This document shows, in pieces, positions 40,106 to 51,092 of a stretch of 64,000 nt of DNA (position 1 is the first letter of the stretch; each line of letters starts with the position of its first letter). This DNA is from an uncultured Gammaproteobacteria bacterium. Its GTDB lineage: Bacteria; Patescibacteriota; Microgenomatia; CAYXHB01; CAZYTL01. A program made the position numbers and the translations under genes. The stretch lies in NCBI GenBank assembly GCA_964650355.1, contig CAZYTL010000004.1, positions 3,912-67,911 of the forward strand, in the 5' to 3' direction. The notes below the pieces were generated by a model. The model ran no database searches and was not told the DNA's origin. It saw nothing but the letters and a program-made list of their open reading frames with translations.

Positions 40106-42480
40106 TCACTCATAAGCCAAAGTATCCCGGATACTCATTTGTGTCGCCCGCCTGGCCGGCAATAAACTTGCTCCCGTAGCAATCACCAACACAATCACCA
40201 GCCAAATCACCCACCCTATCGGCACTACCGTAAATACCAGAACCCGGTCAAAAAACGCCGTCCCGATTGCGTACCCAAACCCGTAAGTCATCGGCAAACT
40301 CAGCGGCAAGGCCAACATCCAACTTAACCACCCGATCAATATCCCTTCACCCAACACCACCTGGCGAATCACTCGGTTATTAGCCCCGATCGAACGCAAA
40401 ATTCCGATCTCTCTCGTTCTTTCCAACACATTTAAACTCATCGTCCCTGCCAATCCCAATCCCCCCACCATCGCCACCATCACCGCCATCGCCAACAAAA
40501 ACCCGATCATAAAATTAAACTGGCTGGCCGCCGAATCAAAGATTGCACTTTTAGTCTGACTATGCACCACCTTTATTTGCGCCCTCTCCAACTCATCTTC
40601 TATTTCCTTTGCTGTTTCCTCTTGAGTAGCTTTGTCATTTGGATTAGTTTTAACCATCATCGTTGACGCCAATCCCGGTGCATCCTTTACCTCGGTCAAA
40701 TAATCAAAATCTACAAATCCTAATTTCTGGTCCCCCGCCATGGCAATTATGCCTACAATTTCCCAATCATAATTCTGGTTATTAATTTCTACCCGTAATC
40801 CGTCTCCCACCCCCAAATCAGGATTGTCCCTGATATAAGCGCTGGACAACACTACTGCGTTAGTATCCCCTTTCTCCAGCCATCTGCCTGCCAGCAGCAC
40901 CGGCTGGGAAAACACCGTCTCCGGAGGCAATCCTGACAACCCGAAATTCTCTCCCTTACTCCCGTCTGCCTTTATTCTCCTGGCTCCCACCCCGGTTCTG
41001 GCTTCCGACTCTGCTACGGTTGGTACCTCATTAATCCTCTTTAGCACCGCCTGGGCATCGTAATCCTGGTCCAGATCCAATTCCACTTCAAAATCAAACA
41101 TCTGCAAAATTCTTTCCAACTCCAACCGCATAGCCTCCCGTACATTCACCACACTCATAAACAACGACCCAGCTACCACCAATGTGCCCAAAGTCAATGC
41201 CAGCCTTCCTTTCTTGCGAAAAGTATTGCGCAGAGAAATCAACATCCACCTGGATAAGCCTTTAATTCGCGCCAAATAATGCTCAGTCATTCCCACTTTG
41301 CGTACCGGCTGGTAATCGCTGATCGCCTCTCTCACTGACTTAGTCGTTCCTTGCCAAATCGGGATCAATCCCGCCAACACCGGCACCAGCACCGCTGCCC
41401 CCAACTCCAGACCCAACACTTGCCAAGGTAAATAAAACACCTTTACATCCAAATTCAAAAAATCAGTCACCAACTTCAAAAACACCCATGCCAACCCCAT
41501 GCCTACCGGCACTGCTACCACCAATCCCAACAACCCGTAGACTACCACCATCACCAAATACAAACTCACCACTTGCCTGTTGGTTCCCCCGATGGCTTTC
41601 ATCACCCCGATCTGCTTCTTCTGTTGCGTCAACAACGCCGATATAGTATTCACCACCAAAAACCCGCTCAAAACAAAGAAAACACCCCGATAATACTCAA
41701 TATCGCCGTGAACGCCCGCGAATTGTCTTCCGCCCAATGTTCATTAGGCGTAAACACCTGCAATCCCCTCACTTCCACCCCGCGGTCTTCAAGTCGATTT
41801 CTTAAATCATCCGCCAACTTTTCCGCCTCCTCCAAACTACTAATCTCCTTATCCGTAGCAATTTCCACTCGATTGAACCGCTTGGGAAACCCCAGCCAGC
41901 CCAAAGTTTCCCATGACACATACCCGGTTAACTGATCAGTAAAACTTGCCGGAATCACCGAATTCCCGTATACCGTCCCTGTCCACACCAACTTCTTCCG
42001 CTTCCCATCCGGCAACTCAATCGTCACCTCATCTCCCACGTTTCCCATCAAACTGGCCACCGAAGCCCTTTCGACTACCAACCCCTGCTCTCCTGGTGGC
42101 CAGTCTCCTTTTAATGGCTCCAACAAATTCAATTCCATTTTTCCAAAATCAGGCACCGACTCCAACACCAAAGACTTAGCCTTGTCTTCATCCATTACCA
42201 GCTTTACCGTGTACCTAGCCTTGCCTTGGGCATCAGCCACTCCCGGCTGGTCAATCAACCACCTCACCAGAGTCTCATCAAATTCAGGCAAACTCAAACT
42301 CATCGTCGTCGGATTACTCGCCCTGTAAGTCTGATCCATGTTCTTCAACAACACCTCCTGAGTAATAAATACACTCCCGAACGCCCACACCCCCACCGCA
42401 ATCGCCAACACCACCAGTAAAGTCCGTGCCTTATGACTAATTAAATCTCGGATTATCTTTTTCCACCGCGTGGATACCAT
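40106..42480 (-). CDS. MacB/FtsX-type ABC permease, frameshifted near 41670
   Basis: Two overlapping ORFs; one extra T in the T4 tract at 41670-41673 restores the frame; QIGVMKAIG and ERTREIGILRSIGA motifs. Confidence 0.88.
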
Positions 42481-42483
42481 ACC

Positions 42484-43575
42484 TTATCTCCCTTTCTTCG
42501 ACCTGTGCTCTTCATAACGCTTCCTGGCTACCTCCCCCACTTGCTTCCTCACCTTCTCTGATTCAGCCAACAACTTCTTAAAAGCCACTTGATCCAAAGT
42601 AGCTACCTCTGCCCCTGTCACCAAACTCGCCCTAGCCGTCGCTAAACTCTTTCCTCCGCCGCGCATTAACTCTATTTCACCGAAATATTGGCCTTTTTCA
42701 AACTCAGCGACTACAAACCTCCTCCCGTCAGCCGGTTCAATAATGATTTCCACTGCACCCCTAGTCACTATATGCAGCATCTCAATCGGCTCTCCTTTTT
42801 TAATAATCTCCTCTCCGGGTTTAAATCTTTTTCTCTCCAACTGAGCAGTAATCCACACCAACTGCCTTTCCGTTAACCCCGGAAAGGTTCTTGCCAAATA
42901 TTCCTCAATAATCGCCCCATCCGCAATTACCAACGTTCTCTGCACCCGTTTGGCCAAATCCCGGTCATGAGTCACCATCATAATCGTTTTTCCCTCATCG
43001 ACGAGTCTTCCGAACAATTCAAAAATCAGACTCGCTGTCTTGGAGTCCAAATTTCCTGTCGGTTCATCAGCTGCGATAATCGGTGGGTCATTCGCCATTG
43101 CCCGGGCAATCGCCACTCTTTGTTGCTGCCCCCCTGATAGTTGAGATGGTAATTTATCTGCCTGGTCAGCACTTATTTCCACCATCTCTAGTAGCTTCAG
43201 AGCCCGCTTCTCCCGTTCTCTTGTAACGTACATCCGTCCTAAATCCATCGGCAGCATCACATTCTCCAACACCGTCAAAGTCGGCAACAATTGAAAAAAC
43301 TGAAACACAATCCCCATATTTCTTCCCCGCCACTCTGCCATCCGGCTTTCATCCAACCCATGAATCGCCGTTCCCGCTACCTCCACCTCACCCTTGGTCG
43401 GTCGGTCAATTCCAGTCAACATATTAATCAATGTCGACTTGCCGCTTCCCGATTTACCGATTACCGCCACAAACTCCCCGCCTTCCACTTCCAAATTAAT
43501 GTTTTTCAACGCCAAAAAATCCCCTGCTTCAGTTTTATATATTTTAGATACTTTATTTAATTGAATCAGTCCCAC
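42484..43575 (-). CDS. MacB/LolD-type ABC ATPase fused to a C-terminal cNMP-binding domain
   Basis: [16 protein letters not shown] and DEPTGNLD; C-terminal FKPGEEII...GQYFGE. Confidence 0.9.
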   Translation of the reverse strand: MGLIQLNKVSKIYKTEAGDFLALKNINLEVEGGEFVAVIGKSGSGKSTLINMLTGIDRPTKGEVEVAGTAIHGLDESRMAEWRGRNMGIVFQFFQLLPTLTVLENVMLPMDLGRMYVTREREKRALKLLEMVEISADQADKLPSQLSGGQQQRVAIARAMANDPPIIAADEPTGNLDSKTASLIFELFGRLVDEGKTIMMVTHDRDLAKRVQRTLVIADGAIIEEYLARTFPGLTERQLVWITAQLERKRFKPGEEIIKKGEPIEMLHIVTRGAVEIIIEPADGRRFVVAEFEKGQYFGEIELMRGGGKSLATARASLVTGAEVATLDQVAFKKLLAESEKVRKQVGEVARKRYEEHRSKKGR

Positions 43576-43630
43576 AGACTAATATTTTACCATTTTCTTT
43601 CGTTTTCTGCTCTCATTACCATCCACTCAC

Positions 43631-44461
43631 CTAATGTTCCCCACCACTCTTCAACTCCTCAAAATCTTCCTCTTTCAATCGCCACCCTAAACTTCCCAAA
43701 ATCTCATTAATATGCTCTTTCGTACTTGCTTTAGGAATCACCACCACATTTTCCTGATCCAGCAACCATCGTAAAGCCGCCTGTACCGGAGTTCTGCCAT
43801 ACTTCTCAGCCATCCTCATCAATTTATCCCCTGGACTAAAAGCTAACTCCCCTCGTACCAAGGGAGAATAAGCCGTGATCACTATCCCGCTTTTCCGACA
43901 ATAATCCAGCAACTCCTGCTCTGGTTGATTCCACAAACTATATTCCACCTGATCAGTCACCAGAGGATGCCGGGCAGCTGCTTGAGCTCTTTTTAATTGG
44001 GATAACGAAAAGTTACTCACTCCCATAAACCGCGCTTTCCCCTCAGATACAGCTTCGTCCAAAACATGAATCGCTCTGTCGATCCACCCCGGCCACGGAC
44101 TCGGATGATGAATCAAATACAAATCCACATAATCAGTCCCCAACCTTTCCAGACTCCTATTCAACGCCTGCCAAATCTGTTTTTGCCTGATTTTGGTCGG
44201 CAATACCTTTGTAGTAATAAACAGCTGTTTTCTATCCCTGTCTTTTATCACCTCCCCCACCAACTCTTCTGCATGGCCTCTTCCGTACAACTCAGCAGTA
44301 TCGATATGAGTCATACCTTGATCAATTGCATAACCAATTGCCTTTATAAACTTAGTATCCTCCCGACTGTCACTGGTCAACCAGCCTCCCATCCCCCAGG
44401 TACCCAAACCCAAAGCCGGAATCTGCACCTGTTTAATCAACTGTTTAAATTCCATACCCAT
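43631..44461 (-). CDS. Aldo/keto reductase
   Basis: GLGTW, IDTAELYG, DLYLIH, GVSNF and IPKAS motifs. Confidence 0.93.
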   Translation of the reverse strand: MGMEFKQLIKQVQIPALGLGTWGMGGWLTSDSREDTKFIKAIGYAIDQGMTHIDTAELYGRGHAEELVGEVIKDRDRKQLFITTKVLPTKIRQKQIWQALNRSLERLGTDYVDLYLIHHPSPWPGWIDRAIHVLDEAVSEGKARFMGVSNFSLSQLKRAQAAARHPLVTDQVEYSLWNQPEQELLDYCRKSGIVITAYSPLVRGELAFSPGDKLMRMAEKYGRTPVQAALRWLLDQENVVVIPKASTKEHINEILGSLGWRLKEEDFEELKSGGEH

Positions 44462-44524
44462 CCAGCATAATCACCTCAGATGAACAAACCCTGAGAGCAT
44501 CTTTACTTAGTTCAGATCGTTTCT

Positions 44525-45181
44525 TCATACCTCTCCATCCGCAATCTTCCTTAAATTATCCCAAGTCTTAATCATAATCGCTCTCGACTGATATCGGATC
44601 AACCCCTCACCCGCGAACTTCCCCATTTCCAGACTGGTTGTTTCTCTGCTCAAACCTGCTAAATCAGCAATCTCCTGATGCGTCAACGTTAACTTAATTA
44701 AAACCTCCCCTCTTGTCTTCTTTTTACCAAATCGCTTCCCAGCCATTACCAATACTCCTGCCACTCGTCTCCTAGCCTCGGCAAAAAATAAATCCTCTAA
44801 CCGATACACCAACCCTCCCAAACCTATCGCTAACCTTTGAGTTAATTCGAATAACAATTCAGGATGTTGTCTCAACCATTTCACCACCTTTTCTTTCGGC
44901 GCCCTATACACCGTCACTGCCGTCATTGCCTCAAAAAAATCGTGATTCTTCATTCCTCCCAAAGCCCACATCATCGGAAAATAAGCCCCTGGTTTATAAA
45001 TATTCAGAATCAAACTTTTCCCTGATTCGTCTAAAAATACCTGCTTCACATAACCTGATTTAATAAAATACACTCCCTGAGGCTCATCCTCTGACCTCAA
45101 GATATACTCCTTCTTCCCGTACTTAATCTCGGTAAACTTTCCGAAAAATCCCAATAATTGCTGACGAACCGACTCGGCCAT
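44525..45181 (-). CDS. Crp/Fnr family transcriptional regulator
   Basis: cNMP-fold N-terminus; LTHQEIADLAGLSRETTS HTH. Confidence 0.92.
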   Translation of the reverse strand: MAESVRQQLLGFFGKFTEIKYGKKEYILRSEDEPQGVYFIKSGYVKQVFLDESGKSLILNIYKPGAYFPMMWALGGMKNHDFFEAMTAVTVYRAPKEKVVKWLRQHPELLFELTQRLAIGLGGLVYRLEDLFFAEARRRVAGVLVMAGKRFGKKKTRGEVLIKLTLTHQEIADLAGLSRETTSLEMGKFAGEGLIRYQSRAIMIKTWDNLRKIADGEV

Positions 45182-45379
45182 AACTAAATGTAATCCTTAT
45201 TACAGATAAAAAGTGATCAACTTTACTGATAAAATTTTTCCTCCCCACTATTATTACCTTAATGATAGCAAATGTCTATTGAAAAATACCCATCATCCCA
45301 GCCAGTTCTTCGATCCCCGATTACCGAAAACACTCCTGGCCACCTCCATCCCTTTCATCGCTTATCCGAAAAACCCGTC

Positions 45380-46027
45380 TCACTTAACACTTTCTTTCTC
45401 GTATTCCCGATAAGAAAACCACACCAACCAAATTGAGCCTCCCACCGCCGGCGCTATCACCAGGTAAAAAGCTAACTTAGGCAACAACACTCCCACTAGA
45501 GCAATTAACCCTACCGCTTTGAATATCTTTCCTCCCTGCTGATGCGTCTTTTCCCACACCCGATCAGACGATAATGTCCATGGAGTTCTGAATCCCAAAA
45601 ACCAATTTCTCTTTGTCTTGGGCAAAATCGTACCGATTAACCAAAACAGTCCCCCGAAAACCACGGCCATCACCCTGCCCCAGTCAAACCGCCACCCCAA
45701 ATTCCACCCTAAAGCCAATCCATAAATCACTAATAGACCCAACACGATTACCGCTACCAGTAAATTATATTCTTTACGAAACTTAGCAATATTCTTCTTC
45801 AACGGATCAATCAAGGGAATCACCTCAAACAACCCCCATAAACCTCCGGCTACCAAAGGCATCAGCACTACTCCCCAAAACTTAGACACATAACCGTTAA
45901 TCTCACCGGCCAGATTCCAATGGCTGGCCATTTTCTCGGGCAACCGCGGATATAACCACATCCCTACCGACACTGCCACCAATATTCCTAAAAACATCAC
46001 TCCTCTTGCTACTCGTTTAGTCATCAA
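45380..46027 (-). CDS. SdpI/DUF1648 family membrane (immunity-like) protein
   Basis: LPEKMASHWN and RNWFLGFRTPWTLSSDRVWEKTH motifs. Confidence 0.9.
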   Translation of the reverse strand: MMTKRVARGVMFLGILVAVSVGMWLYPRLPEKMASHWNLAGEINGYVSKFWGVVLMPLVAGGLWGLFEVIPLIDPLKKNIAKFRKEYNLLVAVIVLGLLVIYGLALGWNLGWRFDWGRVMAVVFGGLFWLIGTILPKTKRNWFLGFRTPWTLSSDRVWEKTHQQGGKIFKAVGLIALVGVLLPKLAFYLVIAPAVGGSIWLVWFSYREYEKESVK

Positions 46028-46112
46028 TTTATATTATATCTCATTTTTAACCCTTCCAGAACTATTTCCCTCTACTCAACTAGTCTTACTCGGTCTACAA
46101 TTTTCAATTAGT

Positions 46113-47042
46113 ATGTTTTCCCGCCTGCCCAAATCCAGTCTCATCACCATCTTCGCTCTAAGTTTAATCTTATTTCCCATCTACCTGGTCTTCTTTCTCC
46201 CTCATCGCCAATTTCTCAGCTCGCCTCCCTCCATTTCTTCCCTCTCAAAATCCGGCTCCTTCGCATTCATTCTCAACCAACCCACCACTGTTCCTACTCC
46301 TTCCCCCACCCTCACCCCTGTTCCCCCCACACCCACCCCTACGCCTATGAGCTTCTATGATATGAATCGCCTCTATGGCCCTTGTGCCATCGCTCCTGTA
46401 CTCATGTACCACCACATCCAGGAACAATCAGTCGCCCAAACGTCAGGCTATACCAGCCTTAATGTCACCCCTGAAAACTTCCGCGCCCACCTCCAATACC
46501 TTACCGACCACCATTACCAAGTTATTTCTTTGGCCGACCTGTCCGCCTTCTTCAACCACACGACTCCTTTGCCATCCAAACCAGTCCTCCTCACTTTTGA
46601 CGATGGCTACGCTGATTTCTATGATCAAGCCTCTCCTATTCTCCAAGAATTTCACGACCCGGCCACCGTATTCCTGCCTACCGGCCTCATGGATAACCCT
46701 GGTTACCTCTCCTGGACCCAAATTAGTCAACTCGCTTCCTCAGGCCTAATTAATTTTGCCAATCATACCTGGTCACATCGTTCCACCGGCGCATCCCTCG
46801 CAGTCACCACCAGAGAAATCACCACCGCAGACCAACAACTCACCGACCGTGGCTTAAATTCTCTCAAAACATTTGCCTATCCCTATGGCACCGACACCCA
46901 GACTGCCGAAACCGTCCTCAACCATCTCAACTACCAACTCGCTTTCACCACCCACCATGGATCAACCCTTTGCCAACGCCTCCGCTTCAGCCTCCCTCGC
47001 ATTCGCATTGGCAACGCCCCTCTCAGCCGCTTTGGCCTCTAA
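46113..47042 (+). CDS. Membrane-anchored polysaccharide deacetylase (CE4) with a PT linker
   Basis: PVLMYH, LTFDDGY, NHTWSH and FAYPYG motifs. Confidence 0.92.
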   Translation: MFSRLPKSSLITIFALSLILFPIYLVFFLPHRQFLSSPPSISSLSKSGSFAFILNQPTTVPTPSPTLTPVPPTPTPTPMSFYDMNRLYGPCAIAPVLMYHHIQEQSVAQTSGYTSLNVTPENFRAHLQYLTDHHYQVISLADLSAFFNHTTPLPSKPVLLTFDDGYADFYDQASPILQEFHDPATVFLPTGLMDNPGYLSWTQISQLASSGLINFANHTWSHRSTGASLAVTTREITTADQQLTDRGLNSLKTFAYPYGTDTQTAETVLNHLNYQLAFTTHHGSTLCQRLRFSLPRIRIGNAPLSRFGL

Positions 47043-47197
47043 AATCCACCTGCCGTCCATGCATTTTGACATCTCTAAGTAAATTCCACCCACCACGATC
47101 TTCAATCTGCCTTTACCCTCTATCAATAGCTTAACCTTATTAGCCTTCGACTTCTCATTTGACAACTCCGCCCCACTTCGGTTTATATTAAAACAGA

Positions 47198-48460
47198 ATG
47201 AAGAAAAATAGCCTAAACAACCCCCTTCACAAATTTCTTCCCCAATTTCCCTCTCTCAAACACTGGGTTCCCTGGCTGCTCACTGTCCCCATGTTCTTTG
47301 GCTTAGCCTTTGGCGGCTGGTACACCTACCAACAAAGCCGCCAAATCAGGGCTTCCGAACAACAACTATCTGATCTCACTCAAACCGCCTCCCAACTGGA
47401 ACAAACCAAACTCGACCTGAAAAACCAACTCGACACCGTCTCCACCCAATACCAAGAATTAGCCAACCAAGACCAAAAAGTGCGCAATGACAAACTGGAA
47501 GCCACCCTCTCAGCCATCAAGAAAACTTACACCCAAGCCGTCAACGTTTACGAAGATCTGCTCAAACTCAAAGAACAAACCAGCAAAACCAAAGACTTTG
47601 ATGATCAATTTACCAAAGCTTTAGTATTGCTTACCCAACAAAACTTTTCTGACGCTTCCACCCAGCTCACCTCCCTTTCCTCAGCCATCAAAACCGAGCA
47701 GGAGAAAATCGCTGCTGCCGCAGCCAGCGCTAGCCTTAAAGCCAATGTACCTCAGTCTAACCAACCACCAGGGTCCGGTTACAGCCGTCAAAAAGTCAAC
47801 TCTGATGTGGGTACCTTTCTAGTCAGTTTGGTGGCCGCCGATCTCTCCAACACCCGCGTCATCGTTGACACCGCCTCCCCCGGCGACTGCAGCAACGATT
47901 GTCCTGTTCTTCCTCTGTCCGAATACGTATCCCGTAACAGCGCCTTTGCCGGTATCAACGGCTCCTACTTCTGTCCCGCCTCCTATCCCAGCTGCGCGGG
48001 TAAAACCAATTCCTTCGACACTTTGCTCATGAACAAAAACAAAACCTACTTCAACTCTGACAATAACGTTTACAGCACCATTCCCGCCGTTATCTTCAGC
48101 AACGGCTCCATTCGCTTCGTTGGCGCTTCTCAGGAATGGGGTCGCGACACCGGCATTTACTCCATGATTGCCAACTATCCCTTGCTTGTCAGTGGCAACA
48201 ATGTCACCTTTGGCGGCGACAGCGATCCCAAACACGGCAGCCGCGGCGGCCGCAGCTTTGTCGCCAATAAAGGCAACACCGTTTATATCGGCGTAGTTCA
48301 CAGCGCTACCGTCATCGAATCCGCCCACGTCCTCAAAACTCTGGGCATGGACAACGCTCTTAATTTGGACGACGGCGGCTCTACCGCTCTCTGGTCCGGT
48401 GGCTACAAAGTTGGCCCCGGCCGCAATCTTCCCAACGCCGTCCTCTTTGTCCGCAAGTAA
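47198..48460 (+). CDS. Phosphodiester glycosidase (NAGPA-like) protein with a TM and coiled-coil stalk
   Basis: INGSYF and NALNLDDGGST motifs. Confidence 0.85.
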   Translation: MKKNSLNNPLHKFLPQFPSLKHWVPWLLTVPMFFGLAFGGWYTYQQSRQIRASEQQLSDLTQTASQLEQTKLDLKNQLDTVSTQYQELANQDQKVRNDKLEATLSAIKKTYTQAVNVYEDLLKLKEQTSKTKDFDDQFTKALVLLTQQNFSDASTQLTSLSSAIKTEQEKIAAAAASASLKANVPQSNQPPGSGYSRQKVNSDVGTFLVSLVAADLSNTRVIVDTASPGDCSNDCPVLPLSEYVSRNSAFAGINGSYFCPASYPSCAGKTNSFDTLLMNKNKTYFNSDNNVYSTIPAVIFSNGSIRFVGASQEWGRDTGIYSMIANYPLLVSGNNVTFGGDSDPKHGSRGGRSFVANKGNTVYIGVVHSATVIESAHVLKTLGMDNALNLDDGGSTALWSGGYKVGPGRNLPNAVLFVRK

Positions 48461-48467
48461 GTTCCCC

Positions 48468-51029
48468 ATGCCCAACAATTCCTCTACTACTAAACCCAAG
48501 AGTTATCAGTTCTCTGCTTATACCAACCAGCCGGTTAATCAGGTATTAATTACTCTTGGCGTCCGTTCTGAATCCGGACTCTCCACTGAAGAGGCTAATC
48601 ATCTCCTCAGTAAATTCGGTCTTAACCAACTCAAACTCAAAACCGTTACGCCCTGGCAGATCCTCATCCGTCAATTCCAGTCTCCCTTCGTCTACCTTTT
48701 AATCTTCGCCGTCCTCCTCTCCTGGATACTCAATGAACCTATTCAGGCCCTCATGATCTTGTTATTCGTCTTCATTAATGCCCTCCTTGGATTTATGCAG
48801 GAATTTCGCTCCCATCAGGCCATCAAACAACTGCAAAAATTCATCACCCCGCATTGTCAGGTCATCCGAGATCATCAGGAAGCCGAAATTGATACCACCC
48901 AGCTGGTCCCCGGAGACATCGTAATCCTTTCTCCCGGCACCAAAGCCGTCGCCGATTTGAGAGTCGTCCAAGATAACCACTTGATCATTGATGAATCAGT
49001 CCTCACTGGCGAATCCCGGCCCGTTAATAAACAATCCGCTGCCTTACCCAAAAAGACCAGTCAAATATTTAAAGCCAAAAATATCATTTTCTCCGGCACC
49101 ACAGTCACCAACGGTGATGGTTTGGGGATAGTCATCGCCACCGGCAAAAACACCTATCTAGCCGACCTGGAAAAGTTAACCACCGAAACCATCAAAGTCA
49201 CCGGACTTGAACAAGGCATGACTGCCTTCAGCAAATTTGTTCTTTGGTTAGTGGTGATCACCCTGGGATTAGTTTACCTCGCTAACCTTCTCATCAAAGG
49301 TCCCCATACCAACCAAATCCAGTTGCTCATTTTTTCCATCGCCTTAGCCATTTCCGCCATTCCGGAGGCCTTGCCTTTAGTTCTCACCTTCTCATTATCC
49401 CGCGGTGCTTTACAATTAGCCAAAAATAAAGTCGTGGCCAAACGCTTGTCCGCCATCGAGGACCTGGGCGGCATTGAAGTTTTATGTACGGATAAAACCG
49501 GCACCATCACCCAAAACCAAATGTCTGTCACCTCCATTTGGGGTGCTGATCCCCAAGCTGTCTGGCTCACTGCCAGACAAACCATCGATCCCCAAGCTAC
49601 TCATCTGACCAACTCTTTTGACCAAGCCCTTGTCGACTACTCACCGTCTAAGGCCACTAAATTACCCACCTATCAAATCCTGGCTCACCACCCCTTTGAT
49701 CCGGATCGTAAACGCAGTAGCACCCTGATCACCACCGCCAACCACCATTCTAAACTCATTGTTAAAGGCGCTATTGAAGGCATACTTCCCCATTGTTCCC
49801 CTCATGTCAACCAGCCCGACCTTGACCAGTGGCTGGATCAACAATCCCAACAAGGCAACCGGGTAATTGCTGTGGCTTCTAGACAAGATCATTTCACACC
49901 TCATTATCAAGTCTCAGAAGAAGAAAAACATCTTACCTTTGTTGGTTGTTTGGCTTTCAGTGATCCATTAAAACCCACCAGCAAATCAGCCATCGACCAA
50001 GCTAAAAAACTTGGAGTCCAAGTAAAAATCATCACCGGCGACAGTCCTTTAGTCGCCGGTGCCTTAGCTGAAAAAATCGGCCTCATTACCGATCGCCACC
50101 AAGTGCTTACCGGAGAAGACTTCGATCATCTCACACTCACTCAAAAACATCAGGCCGTCAACCAATACTCAGTCTTCGCTCGGGTCGCTCCACCTCAAAA
50201 GCACCAGATCATCCAGCTTCTGGAAGAACATCACCAAACCGGTTACATCGGCGATGGCATTAATGACGCCCCGGCTCTCAAAGCCGCCAATGTAGCCATC
50301 GCCGTTAAGAAAGCCACTGATATTGCCAAAGACGCCGCCGACATCATCCTTTTAAAATCTGATTTACAAGTCATCATCAACGGCATCCAGGAAGGCCGTC
50401 AAGTCTTTGCTAACACCATCAAATACATCAAACTCACCATGGTTTCCAATCTGGGAAACTTCTACACCTTAGCCATCGCTTCTCTGCTCACCAACTATCT
50501 GCCTATGCTTCCCATTCAAATCCTTCTTTTAAACTTGCTTACCGACTTTCCTCTCATGGCCGTGTCCACTGACGCTGTTGATCCTCTGGAAATCCGCCAA
50601 CCAGAACACTATGACATCAAAGAGTTCGCGCTCATCGCTTCTTTATTTGGCATCGTCAGCACCGTATTTGACTTTCTCTTTTTCGGATACTTTTCTCGTT
50701 TTACCCCATCTGTCCTCCAAACTAACTGGTTTGTAGGCAGCGTTCTCACCGAACTCATCTTAGTCTATTCGTTGAGAACTGTCCGACCATTTTACCGAAC
50801 CATCCGCCCGTCTCTTGTCCTCAGCGGCTTAACCCTTATCGCTGGCTTCATTGCTGTAGTTATTCCCTTCACCACCCTGGGTCAACAATTATTCGGATTT
50901 ACCAACCCTACTTTGCATTTCTACCTCGTCATCCTGGTTCTAGTCATCGCTTACTTCATCTGTACCGAAACCGTCAAACTCCTCTACTATCGCCGCAACC
51001 TACCGAACCCCTCATCTCTGTCCACCTAG
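48468..51029 (+). CDS. mgtA: P-type cation-transporting ATPase, MgtA-like
   Basis: LTGES, PEALP, DKTGT, GDGINDA and SNLGN motifs. Confidence 0.85.
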   Translation: MPNNSSTTKPKSYQFSAYTNQPVNQVLITLGVRSESGLSTEEANHLLSKFGLNQLKLKTVTPWQILIRQFQSPFVYLLIFAVLLSWILNEPIQALMILLFVFINALLGFMQEFRSHQAIKQLQKFITPHCQVIRDHQEAEIDTTQLVPGDIVILSPGTKAVADLRVVQDNHLIIDESVLTGESRPVNKQSAALPKKTSQIFKAKNIIFSGTTVTNGDGLGIVIATGKNTYLADLEKLTTETIKVTGLEQGMTAFSKFVLWLVVITLGLVYLANLLIKGPHTNQIQLLIFSIALAISAIPEALPLVLTFSLSRGALQLAKNKVVAKRLSAIEDLGGIEVLCTDKTGTITQNQMSVTSIWGADPQAVWLTARQTIDPQATHLTNSFDQALVDYSPSKATKLPTYQILAHHPFDPDRKRSSTLITTANHHSKLIVKGAIEGILPHCSPHVNQPDLDQWLDQQSQQGNRVIAVASRQDHFTPHYQVSEEEKHLTFVGCLAFSDPLKPTSKSAIDQAKKLGVQVKIITGDSPLVAGALAEKIGLITDRHQVLTGEDFDHLTLTQKHQAVNQYSVFARVAPPQKHQIIQLLEEHHQTGYIGDGINDAPALKAANVAIAVKKATDIAKDAADIILLKSDLQVIINGIQEGRQVFANTIKYIKLTMVSNLGNFYTLAIASLLTNYLPMLPIQILLLNLLTDFPLMAVSTDAVDPLEIRQPEHYDIKEFALIASLFGIVSTVFDFLFFGYFSRFTPSVLQTNWFVGSVLTELILVYSLRTVRPFYRTIRPSLVLSGLTLIAGFIAVVIPFTTLGQQLFGFTNPTLHFYLVILVLVIAYFICTETVKLLYYRRNLPNPSSLST

Positions 51030-51092
51030 ACATTTCATCCATTGACTCCTATTATCAAAATAGCAGTCCTTCTCCCACCCCAAACCTTCCCC

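Noticed and set aside
47819-48499. 226-aa antisense ORF and similar shadow ORFs (2695-3132, 54633-55097, 44066-44470)
   Set aside because: They lie opposite well-supported genes and are by-products of codon and strand bias.
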